The position numbers and the translations under genes are program-made. 64,000 bases of DNA from Octopus vulgaris (lineage: Eukaryota). Under the pieces are notes generated by a model that made no database searches, was not told the DNA's origin, and saw only the letters and a program-made list of their open reading frames with translations. This document shows positions 41,270 through 55,026 of the stretch, in pieces (the first letter of the stretch is position 1; each line of letters begins with the position of its first letter). Location: assembly GCA_951406725.2 (NCBI GenBank), contig OX597819.1, positions 68,572,001 through 68,636,000 of the forward strand, written 5' to 3'.

Positions 41270-41985
41270 ATATATTTCTTTATTAGCCACGCGGGACCGA
41301 ACACAAAAGGAACAATAAAATGTAGAGTTTTTCTTTTCGAAAATGATCAAAAGGGATCGAAAACGTTTCGGGGCGTGTACACAAGGAAATAATAAAAGTG
41401 TCGTTTTTAAGAATTGGAGTTCCCAAAAAGAAGAGTAAATATAAAATTGACTAGGTGTATCTGTGGAAAGAAAAGCCTCGAAAAAGGACCACGGTAACCT
41501 CGGAAAGGAACAAAAAATTAACATGAGAGTAAAGGGCTCTTTCTCTTTTTGCCACATTCGCCCACCTTTTGTTAAAATTTGCATTAGACAAAACTTCCCT
41601 CTTTATCCTCACCTTCCTTTTCAAGTAATACTTGAAAAGGTTGATGAAACGTTGGCCAGAGAAGAAAGTGTTTGTCTCTAAACCTTTCAAACGAGAATAC
41701 CATACATATTCCTTCACCATAGCCACCAGTTCAATGAAAACTGACGTGCCTTCCCGGTTAAAGGAAGGTGGCGAGGCAATATTCACGATAGACTCGGCTG
41801 ACAACCGAATTCGTCCCACACGCGACAAAAGCCGTTCGACATAGGCCCACAGGTCTGAAACGGTTGGACATTTTCAAAGTGCGCGCAAAACGGCTTCGCC
41901 GCTCTGACTGCATCTCAGGCAGGTGAGTCCGGTGTTCTTTGAACCGTTTCTGCAGAGCTTACCTCGAACGGACAGTGCTGTCACT
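41270..41985 (-). mobile_element. 5'-truncated Tx1/L1-like LINE: ORF2 C-terminus (zf-RVT-like) + 3' UTR
   Basis: TCLRCSQSGEAVLRAL*KCPTVSDLWAYVERLLSRVG...KEYVWYSR...FNKRW; AATAAA near the 3' end. Confidence 0.8.
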
Positions 41986-42340
41986 GACATATACAGTTGT
42001 AGGGTAAAATGCTGGCTTTGTAATTATGTGGTTTCCATTTCAGTATTTCTACGCAGCAACTTTGAAAAGTGAATAACTGCATTCTACAATAACAGTGGGC
42101 TGATCAATGCCTTGTGAAGTAATTTGGTAGAAGAAAACTGTGTGGTGGAAACCCGTAATGTCTGTATAAATATAGAGAGGCCGTAGGTTAAGCGCGTTAT
42201 AGAGAGTCTAAGGTTAAGCGCGTTATGGCCTCGAAACACAGGGTAACCCCATAAGTCGGCCATACCTATCTTTATCTGTGCGTGTGTATGTATATATATA
42301 TATATATATGTATAAGGATGAAAAGGAACACACGAGTTGA

Positions 42341-42636
42341 TATATATGAAAAAATAAGTGAAAATAGAAAATGCTAGAATAATTTTATAAAGAACATTTC
42401 AGACTGTAACGATTAAATAATTAAATTTAGAAAAATTAAAAGAAATGTCTCTTGAGAGACAGAGCAAGGCAGAAACAAGGAAAATGCCACTTATATTTGA
42501 ACACTATACAAATATTCCTTAAAAAAACATTTCTTTTAATTTTTCTAAATTTAATTATTTAATCGTTACAGTCTGAAATGTTCTTTATAAAATTATTCTA
42601 GCATTTTCTAATTTGACTTATTTTTTTTCATATATA
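42341..42636. repeat. ~108-bp inverted repeat (42341-42448 / 42527-42636)
   Basis: Arms compared by eye; family of 37890-38105. Confidence 0.9.
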
Positions 42637-42655
42637 TATATATATATATTTATAT

Positions 42656-42723
<68 letters not shown>

Positions 42724-42788
42724 GGTCCCGGGTTGAGTCGGGGTTAACCACAGTAAATAAGGTACTCAATACATGGCAGAGTAAATTA

Positions 42789-43032
<244 letters not shown>

Positions 43033-43050
43033 TGTATGTATGTATGTATT

Positions 43051-43294
43051 TATATTAGAAGTAATGTACTCAGAAATGTGGATCGTTTTATATTTACAGA
43101 TTTTTATTAATACGTCACATGTTTTCATATATCATATATAAGCGCTTCCATCTACTCTAGTAGATTCCCTCTGGAGAATCTATTAGAGTCGATGGAAGCT
43201 CTAATATATGATTTATAAAAACATGTGTCATATTAATAAAATCTGTAAATATAAAACCATCCAGATTTCTGAATACCTTAATTCTTTTAATATA
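43051..43294. repeat. ~117-bp diverged inverted repeat hinged at an HHR-like core
   Basis: Arms 43051-43167 / 43176-43294; CTGGAGA at 43171, hairpin TATTAGAG/CTCTAATA, then (G)AAAACATGTGTC and AATAAA; related to 30330-30385. Confidence 0.85.
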
Positions 43295-43378
43295 TAATAC
43301 CTGTACATCACCTACATGCGGGAAAATATTTAGGCTATATTTACGATTAACTGTACCCGACTGAGTACATCAAAAGTC

Positions 43379-43436
43379 CCGAGGCTAATGAAGGAACGTA
43401 CATTGTACTAAATGCACGGTCCATAATATACTTCGG
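43379..43436 (+). ncRNA. Decayed hammerhead motif
   Basis: CCGAGG CUAAUGA A GGA..hairpin..UCC auaa UAUA CUUCGG; helices I and II retained, core mutated. Confidence 0.45.
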
Positions 43437-44141
43437 ATCAAGGCAAGGACCAGGTTTCGAGAGAGGTGAATTAACACATAATCTATCTATTTGTATATGT
43501 ATGTGTGTGTGTATGTGTATATGTGTGTGCTTGTCTGTTTATATGTATGTGTTTGTTTTTGGTTTATCCCCACAATCGTTTGAGAATCGGTGTTGGTCTG
43601 TTTGCGTCCCCGTAACTTAGCAAAAGACGCCGATAGTATAAGTACCAGACTTACAAGAGGAAAAAAAAACTACGCACTAGGGTCAATTTGTTCGACTAAA
43701 ACCTTCAAGGCCCCTGCCCCAGTTTGGCCGCAATCCAACGTCTAAAACATGCATCAGCGGATGAAGATAAAATAGTAATCGATAGGCACCCTTTGTGATT
43801 TATGATCTAATTTATTCTTCTCTTAACTGTTGTTGCTGCTCTAAATTAGCCACGCACCAGCAGATCTGTCATCATACTCTATTACTGAATTGTATTAACC
43901 AATAAACATTTTATGTTTGTTTATGTTCAGTAGTTTGTGATTTCAGAGATGATTGGCTGCTAATTATGTAAGTTCAATTAGCAGCACATATGCTCTATCG
44001 ATCGTTCGCAGTATGTTGATTGAAAGCGTTAGAGCTAAACGTGAGCAGAATGTAATAGTTGAGATGAATACCCCTAGGGCTATTTCTCCTCTCATACGGA
44101 TTAATTTCGCTTAGGAATTGGTTTAATTAAATATTATTAAA

Positions 44142-44187
<46 letters not shown>

Positions 44188-45687
44188 GTTATTATTATTA
44201 TTATTATTATTCGCTATTCAATAAATATGTCAAGAGGTTTTGTCTTGTACATCAAAAATATTTTGCTACATTCTACAACATGCAGGTGTCTAAATGTATA
44301 GCATATCAATGTGTGTATAATGATGGAGGTCCTTCATAAGAAAGTCCTGTTGCATTTTTTTTGACATGATAATTATGAGGGCCCATTTTAGATAATTACG
44401 GCAATATAAGCATTAATTTTTTTTTGGGGGGGGGTCATGCACAAGAAATTTCTATTGCTTTTTGGACATGATAACTATGAGGGCGCATTTTAAATAATTA
44501 CGCTAATATAAGCATTAATTTTTACTTTTTAATATTTGTTTTTTTTCTTCTCCCTGTGTAACTGATCTTACACAATGGTGATAAAATTCATATCGATTTT
44601 ATTCCTTCTAAATGAGAGACCGGACCTATATCAAGCTCTGTATGCCCTATGAATCAAAACGATATTATTCATCAATGAATACAGCAACGACTGCTGCCTT
44701 CAAATTTTTCCACAATTCCTGCAAATCTAGTGGGGGTGCGGAGTCTATTAAATAATCCCTCAGTTTTCATCTGGTAGTTATTTTATTGAACCCGAAATAA
44801 TGAAAGGAATGTCGACCTCGGTTGAATTTGAACTGGGAAGGTAAAAATGGACGAAACGCCGCAACGCATTTTGCCCGTTGTGCTAAATTTTCTTCTCGTT
44901 CGTTGCTTTACAAAGCGGCAAGAAATATTCGTTCCATCTATGCAAAATTTAAATGCTCGGACACACCAACGATTGGTTGGTCAGATAAGCTTAGGAATTT
45001 TTTTCTTTCCCAGATTCCCCTCCATGTGAATGATCAAATTGTGTCAATATTAAGCTTCTGAAAATCGTCATTGAGAAAAAAACCATGGAAAACAGAAGGA
45101 CCTTCTAATCTCTATTCTAGGAGCTGTGGATACCCCTTACAATATATTTAATGGTGATGGCATATGTGGAAGTTGTGATAGGGTAATATATTACCTGCAG
45201 TACGTGTTTAAATGACTTGTATGTAAAATGTAGTGTATGCGTTGCACTGTTGAATTAAAGCAGGGTTCGAATAGTTGCGAACCCTGTTGGTGATAAAAAC
45301 ATTCATGTTACAGATTTAGAGGAAGCTGAAAATGAGAGTATGAGATTGAGATACCACAGATAGGTGTAACCTTAACATAGATACGGAACAGGAAAAAACT
45401 AGCACTAAGTTTCACATATCGGGAAAATTGAATTGAGCACGTTGGAAACATTGGGCCTTTTTCCAAATAAGTTCCGACTGACCAGGGTGATTCATAAGTC
45501 TTTTACGTGTGTATATGCATAATTCTGTGACTGCGTGCGTGCGTTCGTATGTGTATGTGTGTGTTTGTGTGTGTGTGTGTGTGTGTGCGCGCGCGCGTGC
45601 AGTCATACATAATAAAGAAGCTGGCAGACAAAGTGTTTCGACTAGCCACTTCTGGACATGATCTTATTAGTATGGACCAGAATAGCA

Positions 45688-46040
45688 GGCAGAAGCGTTA
45701 GCACGCTGGGTAAAAAGCTTAGCAGTATTTGGTCTGCCGTTCAAATTCCGCCGAGGTCGACTTTGCCTTTCATTCTTTCGGGGTCGATTAAATAAGTACC
45801 AGTTATGCACTGGGGTCGATGTAATCGACTTAATCCGTGTGTCTGTCCTTGTTTGTCCTCTCTGTGTTTAGCTCCTTGTAGGTAGTAAAGAAATAGGTAT
45901 TTGGTCTGTCTTTACGTACTAAGTTTCAAACTCCGCCGAGGTCTATTTTTGCCTTTGTCCTTTTTAAGATTTGGGGTCGATAAAATCGATTTAAACCTGA
46001 TCCTGAACTTCCAATTCCTGTGCCAAAACTTGATACCAAC
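45688..46040 (+). mobile_element. SINE-like family D (one near-complete and one partial copy; another at 44700-44890 on minus)
   Basis: GTTCAAATTCCGCCGAGGTCGACTTTGCCTTTCAT repeated. Confidence 0.75.
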
Positions 46041-46898
46041 AACTCTCAGCAGATCAATCGGTGCATTATATCATATTACGAATTGATGTAAGGTAAAATA
46101 AGACCGGAGTGCATTTATTTTATTGCCTAAGTGTATCTATATGAAAATAGTTGTATTGACTCATAAAAAGGTCGAAAATATTTTGTTCTTCCATTTTGTT
46201 GGTAAGTAGACATTGAATAATGAAGGTGCGTCATTGATGAAGTTGCGAATGGCGACGAAAGGGCGTTGACAAGCATTTTGTGATTGAGTGATCAAGCGGT
46301 TATTCAAAACTATCGATTAATTAATTGGTTAAATTTTCACCCAATTGTCAAAAAAAAAACGATAAAGAAATGAACTAAAACCTATTGGTGTGTTTATTAT
46401 TGGCTTAATGTCCTTTGTGAGATACAGTGCACTGACAACGTAAATGAACTTATAAATAAATTCATAAATATGAAAGAAATATACAGGTTTTATAATTGTT
46501 GCTGTTGTTGCGATACTGCTGAATGTATGATTGATGTTGTAGCAGCAAAAGAGCCTTCAGACAACTAATAATTGAATATAGTTTTCAGCTAAGCGTATGT
46601 AGTACTACACTTAATCATTCAGGACTTTTATCTTCTTGTGATGTTTAATAATGGATTCGCAGCTGTTCCTAGCAAGTTGTGTAAACACAAAGATGCCGCC
46701 TTTCGTCCGAATAATTACGCGATACGTTGTATGTGTATGTGTGAATACGTATGTGAATATATGTATGTATATATATATGTGTGTGTGTGTGTGTGTATGT
46801 ATGTGTAGATTTATATGTTTTGTATATGTATTTTCATGCATATAGTTGCATACCGAGACATGCGCATATATACTTAAATGATAATCTTCTGGAAGGTT

Positions 46899-47230
46899 TT
46901 ACAGACTTTTTACAGCTCCAGTGATGGAGTGGATCTGTAGCCTTCGAATCAGCTTTCTCCTTTCTGGTTTTGAGAATCCTAATTTCTCAAAATTGGTATT
47001 TAGGCAGTGTATTACATATCCCAGGGCCCCAGTAATTACAAGTATAAACCTGAACTTGGAATCTGGATAGAGTAATTGCAGATTTCTCAATAGTTCGGCG
47101 TATGTATTCTTTTTTTCAGTGATCTTCATCTTTATATTAACATCCCATGGGCAACGAATTTCCACGACTGTGTACAGTTTCTCTCCTCTAACCCAAATTA
47201 TTATATCAGGTCTATCGTGCTTACATTTTA
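46899..47230 (-). pseudogene. Restriction-like endonuclease (RLE) domain of an R2-group (R4/NeSL/CRE-like) non-LTR element
   Basis: HDRPDIIIW...VVEIRCPWD..KITEKKNTY..L...VITGALG. Confidence 0.85.
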
Positions 47231-47737
47231 TGTAAGTACATGTGTATGTGAGTGTATCTCTGTGTGTATATGTGTGTGTGTGTGTGCAAACATACGAATG
47301 CAAAGATGGATAGAAGAAAGTGCGTGGCTTAGTGACTAGGTTTTTCGTTTCAAAACCGGAAGTTCATGAGTTTCGATAAATGTTGCTGCATTGTGTTTTT
47401 CAGTGAGGAATTTTATTTCATACTGCCCTAGTCCAGTCCACTCAGCTGGCGAAAATGCATAGGGTAGCACCCGTATTTCTCTAGATTGTGCGTCACGTTG
47501 AATTTCTCTGAGATCTACATTCAGGTTACGGGTGTTAGTGGAGTATTCATCCACTTGAAACGTTATTTTTTCTTGCATGTGATAAAATCGACTGGTACAC
47601 TGCTCCTTGTAAGAGAGGAATTGCCAGTTTATGTATGCATGTATGTATGTATGTATGTATGTATGTATGTATGTATGTATGTATGTATGTATGTATGTAT
47701 GTATATATATGTATGTATATATGCATGCATATATATA

Positions 47738-47788
<51 letters not shown>

Positions 47789-47794
47789 ACATAG

Positions 47795-47998
47795 TTAATA
47801 CAACCATGAACAAAGAGAAGACGCAACAACGGGAGGACGTGAAACAAGTATAGTGCAATTGGACGCTCAGGAAAGGAAAGAAAAAGGAGGATTTAACGTT
47901 TCGAGCGGAGCTCTTCGTCAAAAACATAGAAAAACGAAAGGTCCAACGAGAGGGAAGACGGAGAAAGAAAATCGCCAACGATACACACGCGGTGAAAT

Positions 47999-48000
<2 letters not shown>
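47795..48000 (-). mobile_element. HHR-bearing ~200-bp repeat (family of 14356-14500), between (TA)n arrays
   Basis: Minus strand UUGACGA A GAGC UCC GCUC GAAACGUU at 47892-47924. Confidence 0.75.
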
Positions 48001-48066
<66 letters not shown>

Positions 48067-48871
48067 TATATATGCCCATACATATATATGTATGCATATA
48101 TGTATGTATATAAGTTTATGCAAGTCGTTTCTGTGCATGTATGCACAGACGCACACACAAACACACACATAAATATGAATATATATATATAAATGTGTGC
48201 GTATACGTGATTTTGAGAGGTGCATATTGTATTGATTATATGTATTTGTATAACAATCAGCGATATCCAGGAAGATAAAAAAACAAATAATTAAATTGAT
48301 GACTTGTGAAAAAATGAGTGAAATAAGTTTATATTCTTCTTATCACGATATTTAAGAAAAAAATTAATTTCACGATTAAAATAAAATCCAGTAATATAAT
48401 TTGGAATACAAAATAACGGAAGCAAAATAAGTTCCAAATTTTATTTTCTTCGCTGAAGATAAGATTTTAGATAGAATCAGTATTATATTTCTATTTATTG
48501 CAGAAATAAATAGAGACTTGAAAATAAAATTGTTATAAAATTGAGAAATCGCATCTAAATGTAAAATCAGGAATAAAAAAAAAACATTGTTGTGCAATTT
48601 AACTGAAACGAAATGTGATCCCAATAATAAATTTTTGATGGAAATCAAAAACTTTATTTCTTTTCCAATTCGTAAAACACTAAAATTGTATAGAAGCCGA
48701 AGTCATACAAATTCTTAACGAAAAATCTTCAAAAATCGAAACACCTACACACAAATACAAATCGAGAAATACGGAATTTCTATCAGCCCAGGCACACACC
48801 GAGCCACACACACACACATATTCGTAGGAATTGAAAATCCAGTGAAATAGATTGAAGGCAAAATCACTAGT

Positions 48872-48907
<36 letters not shown>

Positions 48908-48931
48908 GGATAGCTACGTAAAGAAATACAT

Positions 48932-48979
<48 letters not shown>

Positions 48980-49051
48980 GTATATCAAGTGGTCAGTGGT
49001 CATAGCTGCTATTTTCAGCATGGTGGCATCTCGTAGATACCCTAATTTATA

Positions 49052-49104
<53 letters not shown>

Positions 49105-49112
49105 TGTATATA

Positions 49113-49258
49113 TACACGCTGGCAGCGGCCGTACACGGCTGAAAATGGAGATTGTGATATCCCTTTACCATAGGTTTTCAGCTTTAAGCCGAAGCATTGT
49201 CCGAAGGGTCGGCACAGATCACCAATTTTCAGCCATCTGCGGCCGCTGCCAGCATGTA
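49113..49258. repeat. ~44-bp GC-rich imperfect inverted repeat abutting (TA)n
   Basis: 49113-49156 vs 49213-49258. Confidence 0.8.
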
Positions 49259-49639
49259 TGCGCCTTGATGGCAGTAACAGTGTCCTTTAGCTCTTATTTC
49301 TAGCAGTGTAAATGTTGTAACGCCGTCAGTCATATTTATCGTTTTCCTCTTTGCCGAAACTCTGCTAAAATGTGTGTGTGTGTGCATGTGTGTGTGTATG
49401 TGTGTGTGTTTGTTTGGGTGTGTATGTAACTATATATTTATACCTATGAATGTATATAAATATATATATGTAAGTATATATATATATATAAGTAAATTTA
49501 GAAAATGCTAAAATAATTTTATCATGAAAACATTTAAGCACTGGTTTCTTCTTTCCACGCGACCTTAAAGTTAACTCAGCCGCTCACATTGAGGTCCTGG
49601 ATATAACTATTAAGTCCTGGTTAGACAGTGTATGCAATG

Positions 49640-49965
49640 GGAGGCCATATGCGTTTCAGTAAGACTATGCACTATCACACATGGCTCTAGTAGCACAGGA
49701 ATGGATGGCTGAAATTTTTCATGATCACATAACCCCTAACATTTGTCCCTCTTAGTTCCACAGATCTCAATCCACTGGACTATTGAAAGTTGAGCGTTGT
49801 TCAGAGAGAGGTCAATGGGTACACCCAGAACACCGAAGATTTTTTTAACGCCGCCATAGTCAGAGTGTTGTCCAAAATGAACCAAAGTCACTTGATTCGA
49901 GCATGTAGATGATTTAGATCTCATATAGAAGCAGTTGCTGAAGATGAAGGTGGCTTTATTGACTT
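49640..49965 (+). pseudogene. Tc1/mariner (DD37D-like) transposase C-terminal remnant
   Basis: EWMAEIFHDHITPNI...STDLNPLDY across a frameshift. Confidence 0.75.
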
Positions 49966-50139
49966 TTTCATCTCTAAGCATGGAAAACAATTAAATATTG
50001 GAAATAAATGATCAAAAGTTTTTAAAAAGTATATCTGAATAGCATTCAAATATAAGGGGCATTTTCGTTGTTTCTGCCTGTCTCTGTCTCTCTTATTTTT
50101 ACTCTAGTGGGCTCGAGGTCGTTGTGATTTCCTGCCAGA

Positions 50140-50278
50140 GAAGAAGAAGAAGAAGAAGAAGAAGAAGAAGAAGAAGAAGAAGAAGAAGAAGAAGAAGAAG
50201 AAGAAGAAGAAGAAGAAGAAGAAGAAGAAGAAGAAGAAGAAGAAGAAGAAGAAGAAGAAGAAGAAGAAGAAGAAGAAG
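50140..50278. repeat. (GAA)n microsatellite
   Basis: Directly visible. Confidence 0.97.
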
Positions 50279-52759
50279 AGGAAAAAAAATAAATGGTAAA
50301 CAAAAGCACTCCACACGTCACCGAGAATGCGAAAGGAAGCATAAAATAGTATATCTTGAGACGCAGACAGAATTATTCAAATTGACCATTTATTGCTGTT
50401 AGGGATATGTGGTAAAGTAAATTGTCATAAATTGACGTATCAATGAGGAAAGATGAAAATCTATATGAATAAGAAATAGAGAAATAATTCTCTAAATATA
50501 TATGTAAATCTGGAAGCGGGGGCAACATGAATGCTGGACGTTAAATATAGAAGCACACTCTGTGCTAATCGACGCTTTCTGAACGCATAAAACAGTGCTG
50601 TGTAATAGACAAATTATTAATAGACAAATTATTAATTGGTTCCACATCGGTTAAATAGGGTTAACTGGTACAAAATGCATATTACATAGAATACGCTCAA
50701 TGTAATAGGGATTATAAAACCAAATCAAGACACCATGAGAGTGACAGCAACGGAAACGATAATCATGATGATGGTGGTGGTGTTGGTGGTGGGGGGGTGT
50801 TGGGGGTGATGTTGCTGTTGTTGTTGGTGGTGGTTGTGGTAATGATGTTGATGTTGCTGTTGTTGTTGTTGGTGGTGGTAGTGGTTGTGGTGATGGTATT
50901 GATGTTGCTGGTATTGTTGTTGTTGGTGGTGGTTATGGTGTTGTTGCTGTTGTCGTTGTTGATGTTGGTGGTGGTAGTTGTGTTGTTGTTGTTGTTGTTG
51001 TCGTGGGTGGCGATAGTGGTGGTGGTGTTGGTGCTGTTGATGATTTTTTTTCCATTTGTTACATGGGCAATAGATGAGGAGAGCGTTGCACGGGCAATTT
51101 CGAAATTTTGCGGGGATTTACATAAAATGATGATAAAAAGACAGAGAATAAAATAAAAAAGGAAACAGAGTACGCAAAATATGCGAATTCATGGCTATTG
51201 CAGGTCTCCTAGTTCAAGAGAACCTCCAAAATAGGCTGATAAAGGAACCCGACAAATCCTGAAGCACCCTAACTACCAGCAAGCCAAGCCTGCGTTCGAC
51301 TGTATTCTTTTAATCTGCAAGCATATATTTACAGAAAGTTCATTCACCCTTGCCAGTTTTGCTACAGTTACTTCCCTTTTTACCAGTTCACTGGGAGAAA
51401 ATATTTCTCTCTCGACCCTCACTCTCCTTTCCGTATGAAACTGGAAAACGTCGATAGAGTATTAACTGACAATGAAAACGTAGGTCCTTAACCGTTTTAG
51501 CTTTGAAAGGCATACGATCGCTTTTCGCATGAGCAAAATTTTCGATAAACACTGCGTGCTCTGTCTTGTCAAAGATGGGATGTGGGACCATTTTCACGAT
51601 GAATTCCAACATGTGGTAGCAATTGTTTCATTTAACCTTATAGGACACTACCCGTGTGCATGCAATATATTTTCGTTGTTTGGCATACAGTTGAGGTAAT
51701 CCTGCAAGGTGCCAATTCCTAGCCTGCATACTGCATCCTAAGTAGTGCATCTCAGCAGCACTGCCACGCCTGAGATTTCTCTATCTTGTCCGTAGTGATC
51801 CCCAGCCTGAAAGTCCTCGGAACACAGAGACTCATTCTCTTCGACGCTTTGATTTTCAGTCCTTTGTAGTTTCAACCAAGCTACACAAGGTCTCATTACC
51901 TCATGGCATAGGATTAATTAATTTCACCTATCAAATTATTTCATCGTACATTATTTTATCGATCATGAGAGGAAGAGAGGCAAAGCTGGCCTCCATGGCA
52001 TTTGAAAGCAGAACATAACAGCTTTTAAGTATATACTTTTAGTTTATAAATCACACCTACAAACAACAAATGCCGAACTCCTTGCGGATAATACAAAAAT
52101 GAAATACAATAGGGTAAGGAGGTAAACTTAGAAGAAGGATTCTAGAGAAATTAAGTAATGCAACACATAATACAAAGAGGAAAGATGAAAATCTGGTATA
52201 GCAAAAGGAAATACAGATTAATTTTGGATGAGACCTACTCTTCTTTCAAATCGCATCAAGGAAAATCTTTGTAAATATTCCATGAAAACTTGATAGATAT
52301 GTTAGCCAAATGCTTGGCAAATTACCATTTCCTGTTAGATTGATAAATGAAATGCGTCTGTAATTTCTACTTCGGTTTTATCTGATCACTTCTGATTACA
52401 AATATTTCTACGTTCAATTTAAAACGTTCTATATCATTATTGTACTTCCGACGAATGTGTGGCCTTGTGCCAATACAAACCACCATCATAATAATCATTG
52501 TTTATTTTTGTTGTTGTTATGGGGATATTGATTTTGTTGCTTGCGATGTCCGCCGTTTCTTTCATTCTTGTTGAAGCATTTAGTTTCTAGTATTGCCATT
52601 CAATGAAGCCTGGAGGTCGAAATTCACTTGTGTCACATTCCTGTCAATTACGTTTGCTTAATTCTCCGACAACTTTTGACTGTCTACTTTACTGATTAAG
52701 AGATTTTCAAATTAGACCTGACAACACACGCTGCAGTTATTCATACAATCATGCATACG

Positions 52760-52801
<42 letters not shown>

Positions 52802-52945
52802 TACATTATATATATATATATATATACACGTACATACGTACGTACATGCATGCATACATACCTACATAGACATACAGGTATATGCAATCATATATGAATA
52901 CACACACACACACACACACACATATTCATACTTATAACTTCACAC

Positions 52946-53027
<82 letters not shown>

Positions 53028-53354
53028 GAGATTAGTTACAGTATTCACAAAATCGAGGTATATCAACAAGTAGGACGGTAGGACTGGGTGGGTAACGTCA
53101 TCTTCAGTTCATAGTAAGGTAAAACAAAGATTGGGGGTATCATATGTTGGCTCTATACTGCAAATATATATATATATTTAGATACATACCTACATAGGTA
53201 TGATATCCAATACAAAACAAAAATCTAACACAGGATCAGTTCCAGATGCGGCATAAAAGTACACCATTGGTGTTTGAAATTTGTTATAGCTCTTTCGGTG
53301 GCGTTTTATTACTGCATTCATAGATTACATCGTAGCATACACACACATTACTCA

Positions 53355-53745
53355 GATAGCCAACTGGAAGCCGTCTTTCCTCGGGCTAAATACCAATAGC
53401 AAAATCCCCTTTCCTGGGACTTCCACATTAAACTTGCAATAAACCATCACTATATCGTGATGTTACTGTATAAGTTTCTCTGAGAGATTTAGAAATGCAA
53501 TATTTCTAATTTTGTAGATCAGTGAATGATTTCACTTGAAATTCCAAATGTTTTCAAAGGTGAATAAGCATCGACGGGTAGCAAGCCAAGCTACTCCAAA
53601 TTGATGAAGAGCGATGACTCTGAAACTAGTGTCGTGGGGTGGATGCTAGCTTTGCTGGAAATGGTGTTTCCTGAGGCTAAATAGCAGTAGCATTCTTCCC
53701 CTTTCTGGGACTGCCACATTAAGTTGGCAACAAAATATCACTATA
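53355..53745 (+). mobile_element. Retrozyme-like element, about 1.3 copies of a ~291-nt unit with a hammerhead
   Basis: Direct repeat 53364-53455 / 53655-53745; HHR 53596-53637; ends in (TA)n. Confidence 0.65.
53596..53637 (+). ncRNA. Type I hammerhead motif (C3U)
   Basis: CCAAA UUGAUGA AGAG CGAUGA CUCU GAAAC UAGU GUC GUGG. Confidence 0.65.
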
Positions 53746-53759
53746 TATATATATATATA

Positions 53760-54200
53760 TATAAACATATAAAACTGAGAATGTGTGTCTGTCTGTCTGT
53801 TTGTTTCCCTAAAACTTGAGAACTACACAACCAATTTCATTGAAATTTTACACATGCCTTACTTAGGGTCCGGGGAGTGTCATCGGCAAAACAAATTTAA
53901 CTTTTTGCCAAGGGCGAGCCCACAGCAATATCATATTTTCTCCACTACGATTCCCTAAAACTTGAGAACTACACAACCAATTTCATTCAAATTTTACACA
54001 TGCTTTACTTAGGGTCCATGTAGTTTCTTGGGCAAAAGAAAATGTTCAACTTCTTGCCTAGGGCGAGCCCATAGCAATATCATATCTTCTCCACTATTTC
54101 AGTATTACGTGTTAAAAATGAAACAAAAACATTTCTCTATTTTATGTCAGATATTTCACTTTAACAATAAAAATTAGAGATAATAATAACAATTGAATTA
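53760..54200 (+). mobile_element. Helitron-like non-autonomous element 5' region with ~146-bp internal tandem duplication
   Basis: TATAAAACTGAGAATGTGTGTCTGTCTGTCTG start; duplication 53803-53948 / 53951-54097. Confidence 0.55.
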
Positions 54201-54884
54201 TATGTAGTAAGTAGTAATTAAAGCCAAAATAAAGTATAATATAATAATTAAATCGTAACATAACAAATGTAAAAATAGCAATTGGTATAAAATTGCATCA
54301 ATGATTTGAACTTGAATAAGTGGTTTCACATGAATGGGAATAAATTAAAAATAAAATTAGTGTGCAGAAATGGAATAGTCCAGATGGATAATAAAAAATT
54401 AAATTAAAGAAAAGACTATTGTCTATAAAGTATACAATGTAGAGAAAAAACAAGATTTAAACACCTGGAGGAAAGCACCTTCGAAAAGTGTCTTGGTGCG
54501 ACTATGAAAGATATCTAACCAGAGGCGGTAAATTCGCCACAATAGAAGCAAGGTTCGAGTCAACGGAGCGTGCAAGGGAGTACTCGACTCGAACTTGCAA
54601 AGTGGAAATATTTTATTTTTACCTTTATATCTGGGACGTAGGACGTGCCGGATAAAAATTTAAAATCAACACCCCCCCCCACCCGAAGTAGAGGTAGGCT
54701 GGATTGTAGCCACACTTCTATACAAGAGGGAGGACAAGATACAATTGCAGTCTGTTATATATTTTGAGTATTATTATCACTAGCGATATCAAGATATAAC
54801 TTTGTATTTTGTATTTTATGTGTAGATGTATATACATAGATGTACATGTAATATGTACACATATATATACATATATATACATGC

Positions 54885-54925
54885 ACTAGCACTATGACCC
54901 GGCAACGACGGGTCATAATGCTAGT
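54885..54925. mobile_element. Helitron-like 3' end (hairpin + CTAG-T), palindromic on both strands
   Basis: ACTAGCACTATGACCCG gcaacga CGGGTCATAATGCTAGT. Confidence 0.55.
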
Positions 54926-55026
54926 ATATAGATATATATATTGAGGGTGCGTAAGGCATATGAGGATATACCATTTGGGGTCATTGCTGCATATTTTGCT
55001 AAATCTGTATAATCTTTTTGCAGAAA

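Noticed and set aside
44337-44525. ~105-bp-period tandem duplication
   Set aside because: AT-rich local duplication with no ribozyme, ORF or terminal signature
50797-51156. 119-aa hydrophobic ORF
   Set aside because: Derived from (GTT)/(GGT) microsatellite
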